Assembly (NCBI GenBank): GCA_050951325.1
Contig: JBMNIW010000012.1
Span: 160,001 to 224,000 of the forward strand
Source of the DNA: Clostridia bacterium
Lineage (GTDB): Bacteria > Bacillota > Clostridia > UBA1212 > DUPL01
DNA length: 64,000 nucleotides
Reading direction: 5' to 3'
Under the pieces are notes generated by a model. That model saw only the letters and a program-made list of their open reading frames with translations, made no database searches and had not been told where the DNA came from. The position numbers were made by a program, and so were the translations under genes. This document shows positions 29,511 to 38,718 of the stretch, piece after piece (positions within the stretch are counted from its first letter, which is position 1; every line of letters starts with the position of its first letter).

Positions 29511-30917
29511 TTAAGCAATCACTTTTCTTCTAAATATCACAGCACCTGAAATTGCAAAGAATAAAACTGTAAGAATACCAATCCAGCTGCTGTCCCCAGT
29601 CGAAGGATTCTCTGTAATGGGAGCATCAAGAGGCATATTAAACATCATCAGATTAACCCAATCACTGGCATCACAGGTAATACCATCTACATCATTAACT
29701 TTAAGCTGAACTGTCTTTACTCCGTCAAGACTTATAATATAATGAAAACAAGTGCCATAGAAAACATTACCGGAATCAGCAACCGTAACCCCGTCTGCTA
29801 AAACATTAAAAGAAACTGCACATTGGTTAAGCATAGCTTCGACACCCCATGCATTGGTACAGGATAAATCCTTACCACATGTTATCGTCATATACTTATA
29901 ACCACAACCCTCAACATTTAAATCAATTATCGCGCCTGAACCATCTGCAGCAGGATGTACACCAAATCCGGAGGTATACTGTTTTCCTGCTATATTTAGT
30001 TCTCCTCCATCACAGTTCTTATTTACACCTGGATTTGCAGTATATCCTGAGTAATTTGAAATTAAAGAATCTGTTACATACTCAGCTTCATCAGTAACAT
30101 AAATCTCAAACCGGCACGTTTTACCCTTTGTTGTAACAGTAACATTTTGCTTCCCTGCATTCGAAAGATCATACCCTGAAAGCATTGATTCTGAGAGTTC
30201 CGTAACAGTGCTTGATCCATCAGAATAATTGATCTTTACCATTGCACCGTTAATATCAAGCTGCTCATTAACCTTATATGCACACCTTGGCAAATTAGCC
30301 ATTTCTATTCCTGTTACTGTGAGTTTTACAAGTTTTGCATCTGCCCAGGCTGTAGTATCACAGTAAATTCCATCTCCGCCATCACCACTGACGATCTTAA
30401 GTTCCTTTGCATCTGTAATATCAACATCTATAGTATATGTTGACGGATATGGCAGATTTCCACTTGATACTATAAGTACGCCATCTACATATACCTGTAC
30501 ATTAATATTTGTTCCGACAATTCCTTCTTCACCTACAGCTGCACCGGCAGATTTATCTTTACCAACAATAGCTCTAAAGTTTGTATATCCCAGTCCATCA
30601 ATGTTGTATGTAACAGTCCCGGGACCATTAAAACCGGGATGTGTGATCAATCCCTTATCATACTCCGTACCACCGATATTGATTTTCCCGCCTGATTCAG
30701 TCTTGTCATTTATAAATAGCAGACAGTTCTCATCAGCCACTCCGTTCATGTCACTAAGATATGTTACATTCTCTGCATAATTTGCGACCGGTGCGGTGTG
30801 GGCAGTAATCAGGTTCATGTCACTAAGATATGTTACATTCTCTGCATAAGTTGATACGACACATAATGCGATCACAAAAAATGCACATAGTGTTATTAGA
30901 ATACTCTTCTTTTTCAC
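29511..30917 (-). CDS. Surface protein with two NPCBM/NEW2 domains, an Ig-like domain and a sortase-type anchor
   Basis: Signal peptide, YLSDM, YDKGLITHP, GAKEL-like and WADAKL motifs; NPSTGD followed by a transmembrane segment and RRK tail. Confidence 0.8.
   Translation of the reverse strand: MKKKSILITLCAFFVIALCVVSTYAENVTYLSDMNLITAHTAPVANYAENVTYLSDMNGVADENCLLFINDKTESGGKINIGGTEYDKGLITHPGFNGPGTVTYNIDGLGYTNFRAIVGKDKSAGAAVGEEGIVGTNINVQVYVDGVLIVSSGNLPYPSTYTIDVDITDAKELKIVSGDGGDGIYCDTTAWADAKLVKLTVTGIEMANLPRCAYKVNEQLDINGAMVKINYSDGSSTVTELSESMLSGYDLSNAGKQNVTVTTKGKTCRFEIYVTDEAEYVTDSLISNYSGYTANPGVNKNCDGGELNIAGKQYTSGFGVHPAADGSGAIIDLNVEGCGYKYMTITCGKDLSCTNAWGVEAMLNQCAVSFNVLADGVTVADSGNVFYGTCFHYIISLDGVKTVQLKVNDVDGITCDASDWVNLMMFNMPLDAPITENPSTGDSSWIGILTVLFFAISGAVIFRRKVIA
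30744..30849. repeat. 37-bp direct repeat separated by a 32-bp unique insert (in frame)
   Basis: GTTCATGTCACTAAGATATGTTACATTCTCTGCATAA at 30744-30780 and 30813-30849. Confidence 0.9.
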
Positions 30918-32212
30918 TTTCTTCTACCTCCCTTTTTGAAAGCAATAACTATAACCACGACCACAGCAATAACTACAGCAATTATTGGGATTATATAAAT
31001 ATAGCTGCCTGATCCTTTATCTTTACTGTCAGAGTTTTTAGGTGTACCTTCTCCAGGTTTAATTGATGCAGTTTTATCAGGTATTGCAGGAGTAGCTGTC
31101 GGTTCAGGAGTTTTGTAAATCTCATTAACATCAGTTAACTTAGATACACATGCACCACCCCAACAGGACATATCTCCCATGATGTTGTCACCTGCATTTG
31201 TAACTTCCAGCCTTAGGACTTTTGCATCCGTCACATCCACCTGAATGAATTGCGGATCAAGCCAGTTGCCATTCTCGTCAGTCGCTTTGATAATCTCACT
31301 TTCATATTTAAGAACGTCGTCGCAATATACCTTGCATACTATGGTACCCATGGTTAAATCCGCCGACATGGAGTAGCAGATTCCTATGTACGAATTAAAT
31401 GTTTTGAATCCAAGACCTTCAATATCAACTTCCACAAAAGCGTTTGAGGCACCGGACACTGCATGGAACGATATGCCTTTTTCGTAGTAATTCAAATTGA
31501 TATACAGTTCTTCACCTGCAATATTTTCATCAAGACCTAACGTATCTCTGTATGCATTAAAGTTCCGTATAACCATATCACTTAGATATACCGTGGTTTT
31601 GTTCTTGAACTCTGGATTCTGAGTTGGGACAGGGGTAGGTTCCGGTGTGGGTTCGGGAGTCTTTTGCTGAGGGATGTCAGATTCACTATTTAGTAGACGG
31701 GCATCAGCCCAAGCAGTAGCATCACAGTAAATTGTGTCTCCGCCATCCAATGTTACAAGTTTTAGTTCCTTTGCCCCTTTTATATCGACTATAAAGACAT
31801 ATGTGTCGGGATAGGCAAGCTCTCCGCTGTCTGCTTTTAGTACACCATCGACATATACCTGCATTTGCACTTTTGTGCCCCTGATTCCAGAATCTCCGCC
31901 AACCTGATAACCTGCTGAAGCATCCTTTCCACCGACTGCATAGAATATCGAGTATCCAAGACCTTCGATGTTGTATGTAAGTTCACTTGGACCTTCATAT
32001 CCCGGGTGTGTGACAACCCCTTTATCATACTCGACGCCGCCAACTTTGATTATCGTATCCCTTTCTGTAACATCGTTAAGATACAAAAGGGCATGTTCGT
32101 TTTTTGTTGCGGACATGTCGCTGAGATACCTGCCGTTGGCTTTGGCGATAACAGGTATCAGTAACGCGGCTATTATCAGAATTAGTACCGGTAAAATTCT
32201 TTTCATGTTCAT
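30914..32212 (-). CDS. Membrane-anchored protein with two NPCBM/NEW2 domains
   Basis: Signal peptide, two YLSDM-initiated domains, PT linkers, C-terminal transmembrane segment and basic tail. Confidence 0.8.
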   Translation of the reverse strand: MNMKRILPVLILIIAALLIPVIAKANGRYLSDMSATKNEHALLYLNDVTERDTIIKVGGVEYDKGVVTHPGYEGPSELTYNIEGLGYSIFYAVGGKDASAGYQVGGDSGIRGTKVQMQVYVDGVLKADSGELAYPDTYVFIVDIKGAKELKLVTLDGGDTIYCDATAWADARLLNSESDIPQQKTPEPTPEPTPVPTQNPEFKNKTTVYLSDMVIRNFNAYRDTLGLDENIAGEELYINLNYYEKGISFHAVSGASNAFVEVDIEGLGFKTFNSYIGICYSMSADLTMGTIVCKVYCDDVLKYESEIIKATDENGNWLDPQFIQVDVTDAKVLRLEVTNAGDNIMGDMSCWGGACVSKLTDVNEIYKTPEPTATPAIPDKTASIKPGEGTPKNSDSKDKGSGSYIYIIPIIAVVIAVVVVIVIAFKKGGRRK

Positions 32213-32224
32213 ACTGCCACTCCT

Positions 32225-34264
32225 TTATTCCGCATTTTCTATAAACAGGACCATTGCATAACGAACTTCGGGCAACGTTAACGTCAATCCTTCGTCTAGA
32301 AGCACCTTGCCACTGACTGTAGTCTCAAATGTTCCATCGGTGTCATAAACTCGGTACATCCTGTCAGGATTCACACCGTGGAACCTTATATTTTTCTGTG
32401 GTTCGGTGCTTTCTGAAGGTCTGAACACCTGTGCAACTCCAGAGTCCCTTTCAGGGCTGAAGTATTGATATGCCCTCCATTCGGCACTTGAATTGTTCCA
32501 TGGGGTAAGTGGGTAGAAGTCGTCGTAGAAGTATGTAGAAACCTTTCTCCACTCATTTACAAGCTTTTTCACCAAGTCCCAGTCGGTACTCTTACTCATG
32601 GTGTTTACTGAAAGAGGGAAGATTTGAGTGTAGCAACTACGGGCCCTGTAGGTAAGGCTGCCTGCCGAATCGTCACCATAAATCCAGAACTTGATGTATG
32701 GAAACCACTGCATTACAGTCAGCATGGTTGCCTGCCTTTCATCGTAACCGTCAGGATTTCCATCCCAATAGTCACTGATTTGCAGCGGTACGGATCTTCT
32801 CATTGTTTCCAAATCATTTCTTCCTCCACCTGATGCACAGGAGTCTATCCAGATTTCAGGAAAGGTTTCAATAATTGTGTCCCACATTTCAAGGTAGCCC
32901 ATAACATATCTGTTCTCTATGTATCCTGTCCTGTTTTCAGTATCATGCTCCCTCCATACCGGACCGGGATCCACATTAAAATCCTGCCTGTAAATGGCTA
33001 TGTTTGCTTCCTTTATGATTTTCGTAATCCTGTTCAGAATCCATTCACGGCATTGTGGGTTTCCAAGATCCATCAGCTGCCCTTCAAGCCATGTTCCTTT
33101 GGCTGCTGTTCCTAGGAACCATGAAGGATCAAAGTCGTTTATATTGTTCAGAAACTGGTCCTTGTTGACTCTTACGACTTCGGGTTCAAACCATAGGAGC
33201 AGTTTGCCACCTGTCTTTGCAAGCTCTTCCGATATGGACGCAAAGCGGTCCGGGAATCTTTTTTCGTCAATCATCAATGTGCCGGTTAACGGCCATTCAA
33301 CAGTATTGCCCTCAGCGTCCGTGTACCATCCTGCATCCATCCAGTAGCAGTCAAGAGGTACTCCATGGTCTGCGTAAGCCTTAATCTTTCGAATTATGTC
33401 ATTTGTTGTCAATCCTTGTGTCAGAGCAAAGTCAACAAAGAGTGGAGGCATGTTTTCTCCATTCACTTTTCTCATGTTGCAGTCAATAAACCATTTGCGC
33501 CAGATGTTAAGGTTTGAATTGTCGTCACGGGTATTAAAATTGAGTATGGCTACAAGTGGGGTTCTAATTGTCTCGCCGGGATTAAGGTATGTCGAAATGT
33601 CCATTTGTCCCCCTGAAAAATGCACCTCATCACCATTGGCACTTGCTTGCATTTTCCAGCATCCGGGCCATCCAATAGCTATAAATGAGCCACCTTTGCC
33701 ATATTCAAGTTTGAAATATGGAAAGACCCCATGAGTTGGCCTGCCGGATGTGGACTCTCTGCTGAAAGTTACACCATCAACAAGCTTAATCTCATATGGA
33801 GAATACATGTCTTTGCCCAAGTCCCCGCTGATACCTTTAATTATCGGGTCCTCACCTTTAAAGTACATGTCAATTGCATTGATGTCAGAAAAGACACCTG
33901 TAGTTTTATCTGTATTGTTTGTGATGTATAAGGTGTAATCCCATGCGTTATAATCCTTATACACACAGGTCTCCAACCTGAACTCTGCACCACTTGGCTC
34001 GTGTGTCATATACACTACAGTTACTTTTCCATTACTGTCCTTGTCATACCTGTCACGTTTTACTTCTGAGAAATCCTCTTTAAATCCCCTGTAGCTTTTC
34101 CCGTCATATTTAAAAGTAATAGGGAATTCCCCGAGGTTCGTTAAATAGTTGTTATACTCTGTCATTGTTTCTTCCCCCTTATCATTTTTACTTACACATG
34201 CCACCATCAAACTAACCATGCATAGCAGCATTACTGTCATTATGAACCTGCGCAAATCATACAC
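32225..34264 (-). CDS. Alpha-galactosidase (GH36-like), predicted lipoprotein
   Basis: Lipobox MVAC; WMDAGWY, LLWFEPE, YRQDFN (nucleophile), DSCASGGGRND and ISD. Confidence 0.85.
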   Translation of the reverse strand: MYDLRRFIMTVMLLCMVSLMVACVSKNDKGEETMTEYNNYLTNLGEFPITFKYDGKSYRGFKEDFSEVKRDRYDKDSNGKVTVVYMTHEPSGAEFRLETCVYKDYNAWDYTLYITNNTDKTTGVFSDINAIDMYFKGEDPIIKGISGDLGKDMYSPYEIKLVDGVTFSRESTSGRPTHGVFPYFKLEYGKGGSFIAIGWPGCWKMQASANGDEVHFSGGQMDISTYLNPGETIRTPLVAILNFNTRDDNSNLNIWRKWFIDCNMRKVNGENMPPLFVDFALTQGLTTNDIIRKIKAYADHGVPLDCYWMDAGWYTDAEGNTVEWPLTGTLMIDEKRFPDRFASISEELAKTGGKLLLWFEPEVVRVNKDQFLNNINDFDPSWFLGTAAKGTWLEGQLMDLGNPQCREWILNRITKIIKEANIAIYRQDFNVDPGPVWREHDTENRTGYIENRYVMGYLEMWDTIIETFPEIWIDSCASGGGRNDLETMRRSVPLQISDYWDGNPDGYDERQATMLTVMQWFPYIKFWIYGDDSAGSLTYRARSCYTQIFPLSVNTMSKSTDWDLVKKLVNEWRKVSTYFYDDFYPLTPWNNSSAEWRAYQYFSPERDSGVAQVFRPSESTEPQKNIRFHGVNPDRMYRVYDTDGTFETTVSGKVLLDEGLTLTLPEVRYAMVLFIENAE

Positions 34265-34280
34265 CTCCGACTGTTTTTTC

Positions 34281-34384
34281 GTAATCGATTACATTTTGAA
34301 GTAAAAATTATTTGCTTGCAATATCGATTCCGTAATCTATTACGGTGTTAACAGAATAATAACACCACAGAAGTTCATTGTCAA
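34281..34384 (-). promoter_or_regulatory. sigA promoter with two LacI-type operators
   Basis: TTGACA-N17-TATTAT (34384-34356); palindromes GTAATCGATTAC (34281-34292) and CCGTAATCTATTACGG (34330-34345). Confidence 0.7.
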
Positions 34385-34521
34385 CAACTTTTTAAAATAA
34401 CTTTATAAATTTCTTCGTTCTTTTACTTAAAACTATTATTGCGAAACCTAAAGTGCACTTTGAAATGTTTCTGGCAAAGCAAAAAAGTAAATCAAGATGG
34501 TATGCTGTTAATAGCACTCAT

Positions 34522-34559
34522 AGAAAAACGACCACACAAGTCCGTGTGATCGTTTTTCT
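34522..34559 (-). terminator. Terminator after the cohesin/dockerin operon
   Basis: AGAAAAACGA..ACAC...GTGTGATCGTTTTTCT hairpin. Confidence 0.65.
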
Positions 34560-34651
34560 GCACTTTATTGACATTTGAACTATCTACTTTACAGGGTGCA
34601 TATCAAATACGCTGCAATAATCAGATAAGAAATACACCATGATCAGCCGAT

Positions 34652-36129
34652 CTATCTGTAGCTTCTTTTCTTAATAAAAAACCCAAGAGCAAAGCCAGCA
34701 AGTATGCCAAATACTGCTACAATAATAAAAGGAGCAAAGCTTGTCTTCTTATCCTCTTTGCTATCATAAGGCTTTTCAGGTGTTGGTGAAGGTGTAACTT
34801 CAACCTTATCTTCTTCCTTTACTTCTACACCATCTGATATTATTTCTCCCTCATATGTTCCTGTACCGGTGACTCTTACAGTTATCGTTTTACCTACATC
34901 CGCTTTTGATACATTGTATACCTGACCCTGACCGACTAAATCATTACCGGAATACCAGGTATATGTAACTGTTGCATTACTGTCTGAAAGCTCTGCATTT
35001 GCAGTAATCGTTTCACCAACCGATGCATTGCCGGTTATACTTACCTTCCCGGAAATTGTTACTTTAATAGGATCTTCAGTATCTGCAAACTCAGGTATCT
35101 TACCATCAAACTCTTTCATTCTGAATACATGAATAGTATACTCCTTTTTTGAGCCATCTTCTGCTGTACCTGCAATTGTTAATTTATTATCTCCAACTGA
35201 TAAACTAAATGTCTTTTCTGCTGCATTCTGTCCCTTGGAATCCTTAGCTTTGCCGCTTATTCTAATACTTGCTGTTTCATAAGGTACAAACACAATATAA
35301 TCAGTGCGATCACTATTAAACACGGGAGATAAGAAACCTGTACTCAAAGTTATCTCAGATAGTCTTGCATCACTATTTGGTTTATAATTAGGATCCTGTT
35401 CCCTTGTTACTTTGATTGTGTACGTTTTCTTAGTACCATTCTCTGCAGTAACAACAATGGATATATCATTACTACCTACAGCAAGATTAGGATTGTTAAC
35501 TGCCACAGTTGCTTTGGAATCTTCAGCTACCGCACTTATATTAAGCTTTGATACAGAGTAAGGAACAGTAGTTGTATATGATGTAGTGTTCTTATTGAAC
35601 GCAGGAGATAGCGTTGCATTACTTACAGTCAAAGACTGCAAGAAGCTGTTCGCGTCGATTTCGGTGCAGCTATTGAGAAAGAATATTTAACATTGGTTGG
35701 CTGCACGTCTGTGTTTCCATCTGTGTATTCCAGTTTTGTTGTACTGATTTCCACATTAGTGCCTGTAGCAAGACTATTAACCTTAAAGGTCATAGAGAAC
35801 AAATCTTTAGTACTGTTAACAGGTGTTGTCTGTGCGTTATCATACGCAATAAACTTCACTGTGCCGGCTGTATTGTTAAACTCTACAAGCCAGGGGGAAC
35901 CAATTATCTGAGCAGTAGATGTTAATGTAAGTTTGCTGCTGTCATATTTTAATTCTCCGCTGGCACCTAATATACCACTTCCGCCGATTCTAAATGTAAC
36001 TGTAATTGTGTCTCCCGACCGTACGGTAGACGGACCACTTAGAGCTGCAGTCGGACTTGCCGCATTTACACCTATTGCCGGTAATAGAATAACTGTTATG
36101 ATAATCATTAATACAATAAACTTTTTCAT
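34652..36129 (-). pseudogene. Cohesin-like plus two cadherin-like beta-sandwich domains with membrane anchor; frameshift near 35652
   Basis: ORFs 35629-36129 and 34652-35641 join as AAPKST/NSFLQSLTVS if 2 nt are removed; VTAENGTKKTYTI motif; C-terminal transmembrane segment and KKR. Confidence 0.75.
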
Positions 36130-36146
36130 ATATATTTACCTCCTCA

Positions 36147-38702
36147 TTAATGCGGGACTATGTTTTCTGTACCTAACATTACAGCTTTAAACCTGACAAA
36201 ATCCGTCATTGTTATATTTCCATCTCCATTTAAATCAGCTGCTTCGCGGAATGGTCCTGTAAGCTCCATTGTTCCAAGCATAAAGCTCTTCATGTTGACG
36301 AAATCCGTTATAGATGATGCACCATCGCCATTGATATCTCCGGTTACAACGACGGTGTATGAATTGACAACATTATTACCATTCATGATTTTAACTTGCA
36401 TGCCTGTTCCAAGTATAGTACCAGATGTTACTTCATTGTTTCCTTTAAAAACTTTGATATGTTCACTTTCATTTATATTCTGCAGAAAATCATTAACTGT
36501 GACCCCAGCTGTAATTTTACTGATATATCCATCTGAGATACTATACTCATCTGATGTAACATCTTCAGGAACACACGCATTGACCTGCACATTTATGCTT
36601 GTGGACTTTCCTTCGTATTGTATGGTAACCGTTTTACTGCCAGGGGTCGAAAGATCACAACTTATCGTTAACCCTGTCTGAATCACTTTACTTGTACCAT
36701 TATTATAGTACGCTGTTACAACCATACCTGTAGGGTCAAATTCATCACCTTCAGAATACACAAGCTTATTAGGATTTGTTGTCACAGTTATTGAGGATAA
36801 AGACTTTGCAATAACTTCTACTTCATAAGTGGTAATTTTACCATTATAGGTTACAGTCAAAGTTTGCTTGCCTACCTTTGTGTTATCAAAGCCTGTTACC
36901 ATACCGGAAGTCATGCCTATCTCGTAGCTGATGTCGTCTATGTAATACAATCTGATCTTACCACCTGTAACATCAAAAGTATCCTTTCCTTCTAGATATG
37001 TAAGCTTAGTTGGCTTTGTTATAACAGAAATAGACATAAGCTGTGAAGGATCAAGCACTGGTATAACTCTGGCTTCTTTATGAGAAGGATTATGTTTGCA
37101 GCTTCTGGTTTCTTCTCCCGGTTCGTACTCGGTAGGAACCTTTGTACGTACCCATTCACCCCAATTGTGTGCGGCATCATCAACTGGGATAACTTTTCTT
37201 TCTCTGCCTAATTCTTCTCCGCAGACTGAGCAATAAATCACTTCATCATAATAACCTTCGGTAGCGCATGTAGAAGCGACTTCATTCTCCCTGACTGATT
37301 CAGAAGGAATATGACCTGTAGCAGGCACTGCTTCTTCATAAATATGACTGTCATCATTCTGACAAGTATATGTTTGTATTCCATCTTCCGTACAAGTCGC
37401 GGGTGTTGTTATTTCACCTTCATCCCAATCGTGTCCGGTCGCTAAAACAACCTTATGTTCTCTGCTTATTTCCTCTCCGCATACTAGGCAGTAAACAACT
37501 TCATCATAGCCACCAGCAAAATCACAACTTGCAATAATTTCATTTTCCTTAATCGGAGCACCAGATGTATGTGCAATAGTTTCTATTTCCGAGCCAGCAG
37601 TTATTACTTCCCCGCAACTGTCACAAAAGACATCCCCAGTATATCCCGGATTACTACAAGAAGGATCTTCCTGATATTCCAGATGCGAATCTCCTACATG
37701 ATTATCATAATCCACTGTTCCGTATATAAAAGTCATATCACTTTGAGCAGCACACACCGCACAGCTTCTATAGTAAACAGCAGGACTTACACATGTAGCA
37801 GCGGACTTTAAATATTGCGGCTTTGGATCCTCAATAAGCTCATGTTCTGCAAATGGAAGAAGCATGTCTGATCCATTTATTATCTCACCGCATTCCTCAC
37901 AAACCGTGTATGAACCATGACCCTGTGTGATACAAGTAGATCTTACAGCTGGAATATCGTTAACTATTAGGTGAGAGCAAAGGATGTGTAACGTGCAGGT
38001 TGCCTCAAATCCTCCATCTTCACTTACAGCGGTAATTACTACCTCTCCTTTTTTAAGGAGTGACACAATACCATTGTCTACCATAGCAATGGTATCATCA
38101 CTGCTTCTCCATGACACATTTTTATTAGTAGCATTTGGTGGTGTGAAAACTGGGCAAAGGGCAAAAGTCCTATCGCCCTTTTCAACCGTCACGTTAGATT
38201 CATTAAAAGATAGCCCTGTCACAGGAATTGAACTTGTTATGCTAACATCAGAAGATGCATTTGCAAAAACTACTTTTTTTCCTGTGAAATCCCGTGCTTC
38301 TTCATGTCTTACAGTAACAGAAGCTACTCCTGTTGATAATGCCCTGAATTTAAGAGTGGCTATTCTTCCATTGACATAATTATTGCTTATCGCCAGACTA
38401 TCCGCCCATCGCAAAGTATATGGCGAAGTAATGTTTGGAGAAGGTGTAGTATATCCTCTCAAAAGTCCGTTGTCTGTTATTTCTAACAGCTGTAGTTTTT
38501 CTTTATCATATTCAACACTGAACCGCAAAGAGATTATACCCAGATTGTCTGTTATCATAATATCCATGCTGAAAACATCGTCAACATGCACATTTTTATG
38601 TTCCAGAATATATTGTGGCATTTCTTCTGCATAACTAACTGTCGTAACAGAGGTAAAAACAAGAACACAACTCAAAAGCAAAGATAAAATACGTTTTCCC
38701 AT
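36147..38702 (-). CDS. Secreted modular protein: cohesin, Ig-like (Big_2), Cys/His-rich repeats, Ig-like (Big_3) x2, dockerin
   Basis: Signal peptide; NLGIISLRFSVEYD cohesin; repeated TC..G...C..CG; duplicated EF-hand GDINGDG...ADLNGDG; AGGAGG RBS. Confidence 0.8.
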   Translation of the reverse strand: MGKRILSLLLSCVLVFTSVTTVSYAEEMPQYILEHKNVHVDDVFSMDIMITDNLGIISLRFSVEYDKEKLQLLEITDNGLLRGYTTPSPNITSPYTLRWADSLAISNNYVNGRIATLKFRALSTGVASVTVRHEEARDFTGKKVVFANASSDVSITSSIPVTGLSFNESNVTVEKGDRTFALCPVFTPPNATNKNVSWRSSDDTIAMVDNGIVSLLKKGEVVITAVSEDGGFEATCTLHILCSHLIVNDIPAVRSTCITQGHGSYTVCEECGEIINGSDMLLPFAEHELIEDPKPQYLKSAATCVSPAVYYRSCAVCAAQSDMTFIYGTVDYDNHVGDSHLEYQEDPSCSNPGYTGDVFCDSCGEVITAGSEIETIAHTSGAPIKENEIIASCDFAGGYDEVVYCLVCGEEISREHKVVLATGHDWDEGEITTPATCTEDGIQTYTCQNDDSHIYEEAVPATGHIPSESVRENEVASTCATEGYYDEVIYCSVCGEELGRERKVIPVDDAAHNWGEWVRTKVPTEYEPGEETRSCKHNPSHKEARVIPVLDPSQLMSISVITKPTKLTYLEGKDTFDVTGGKIRLYYIDDISYEIGMTSGMVTGFDNTKVGKQTLTVTYNGKITTYEVEVIAKSLSSITVTTNPNKLVYSEGDEFDPTGMVVTAYYNNGTSKVIQTGLTISCDLSTPGSKTVTIQYEGKSTSINVQVNACVPEDVTSDEYSISDGYISKITAGVTVNDFLQNINESEHIKVFKGNNEVTSGTILGTGMQVKIMNGNNVVNSYTVVVTGDINGDGASSITDFVNMKSFMLGTMELTGPFREAADLNGDGNITMTDFVRFKAVMLGTENIVPH

Positions 38703-38718
38703 CATTAACCTCCTACTC

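Noticed and set aside
30744-30849. CRISPR array
   Set aside because: Only two repeats, the repeat is coding sequence of the host gene, and there is no leader or cas gene; reported instead as a possible ectopic integration.
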